Shown: positions 63,910 through 64,000 of the stretch, in pieces
Numbering within the stretch: the first letter of the stretch is position 1
How the letters are laid out: every line of letters starts with the position of its first letter
NCBI GenBank assembly: GCA_963758915.1
Contig: CAVWXH010000016.1
Location: forward strand, 288,001-352,000
Reading direction: 5' to 3'
Length of the DNA stretch: 64,000 bases
From: an uncultured Methanomicrobiales archaeon
GTDB taxonomy: Archaea > Halobacteriota > Methanomicrobia > Methanomicrobiales > Methanospirillaceae
Notes under the pieces: model-generated
Databases searched by the model: none
What the model saw: only the letters and a program-made list of their open reading frames with translations
What the model was told of the DNA's origin: nothing
Made by a program: the position numbers and the translations under genes

Positions 63910-63940
63910 GGTCGATTCACATAATGGTGGTGAATCGACC
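63910..63940. repeat. Perfect 11-bp inverted repeat
   Basis: GGTCGATTCAC-N9-GTGAATCGACC. Confidence 0.7.
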
Positions 63941-64000
63941 AATAATAATGAAAATCGATAATTCGCAGTTCTTTTGTCGCAAACCGGCTTCAAATTGACG

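Overview
Chromosomal window from a methanogenic archaeon. Gene content (archaeal histone, GatDE, uL16/L10e, PdaD, DUF5350/DUF2070/DUF555-like proteins, class III signal-peptide pilins, a sheath-protein-like gene) fits Methanomicrobiales. It holds the end of a chemotaxis operon (cheA-cheC-cheD), carA-carB-argG, argH-gatD-gatE, a two-subunit 2-oxoacid:ferredoxin oxidoreductase, hypD, a SsuABC/NrtABC-type ABC transporter, two tRNAs (Arg-CCG, Thr-GGT) and a pilin cluster. The main signal the gene calls do not explain is a dispersed ~260-bp intergenic element present five times, always on the + strand. It has 13-bp imperfect terminal inverted repeats, an 8-bp target-site duplication around the best copy, conserved internal hairpins and a G-quadruplex motif, so it looks like a MITE or structured-RNA family. 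Other leads are a STAS-kinase fusion, a circularly permuted ABC substrate-binding protein, a His-less REC-PAS pseudo-kinase with a partner gene, and a four-repeat H-x10-CxxC-C microprotein. About eight genes carry single-base frameshifts, probably sequencing or assembly indels. All family assignments come from motif recognition only; no searches were run.
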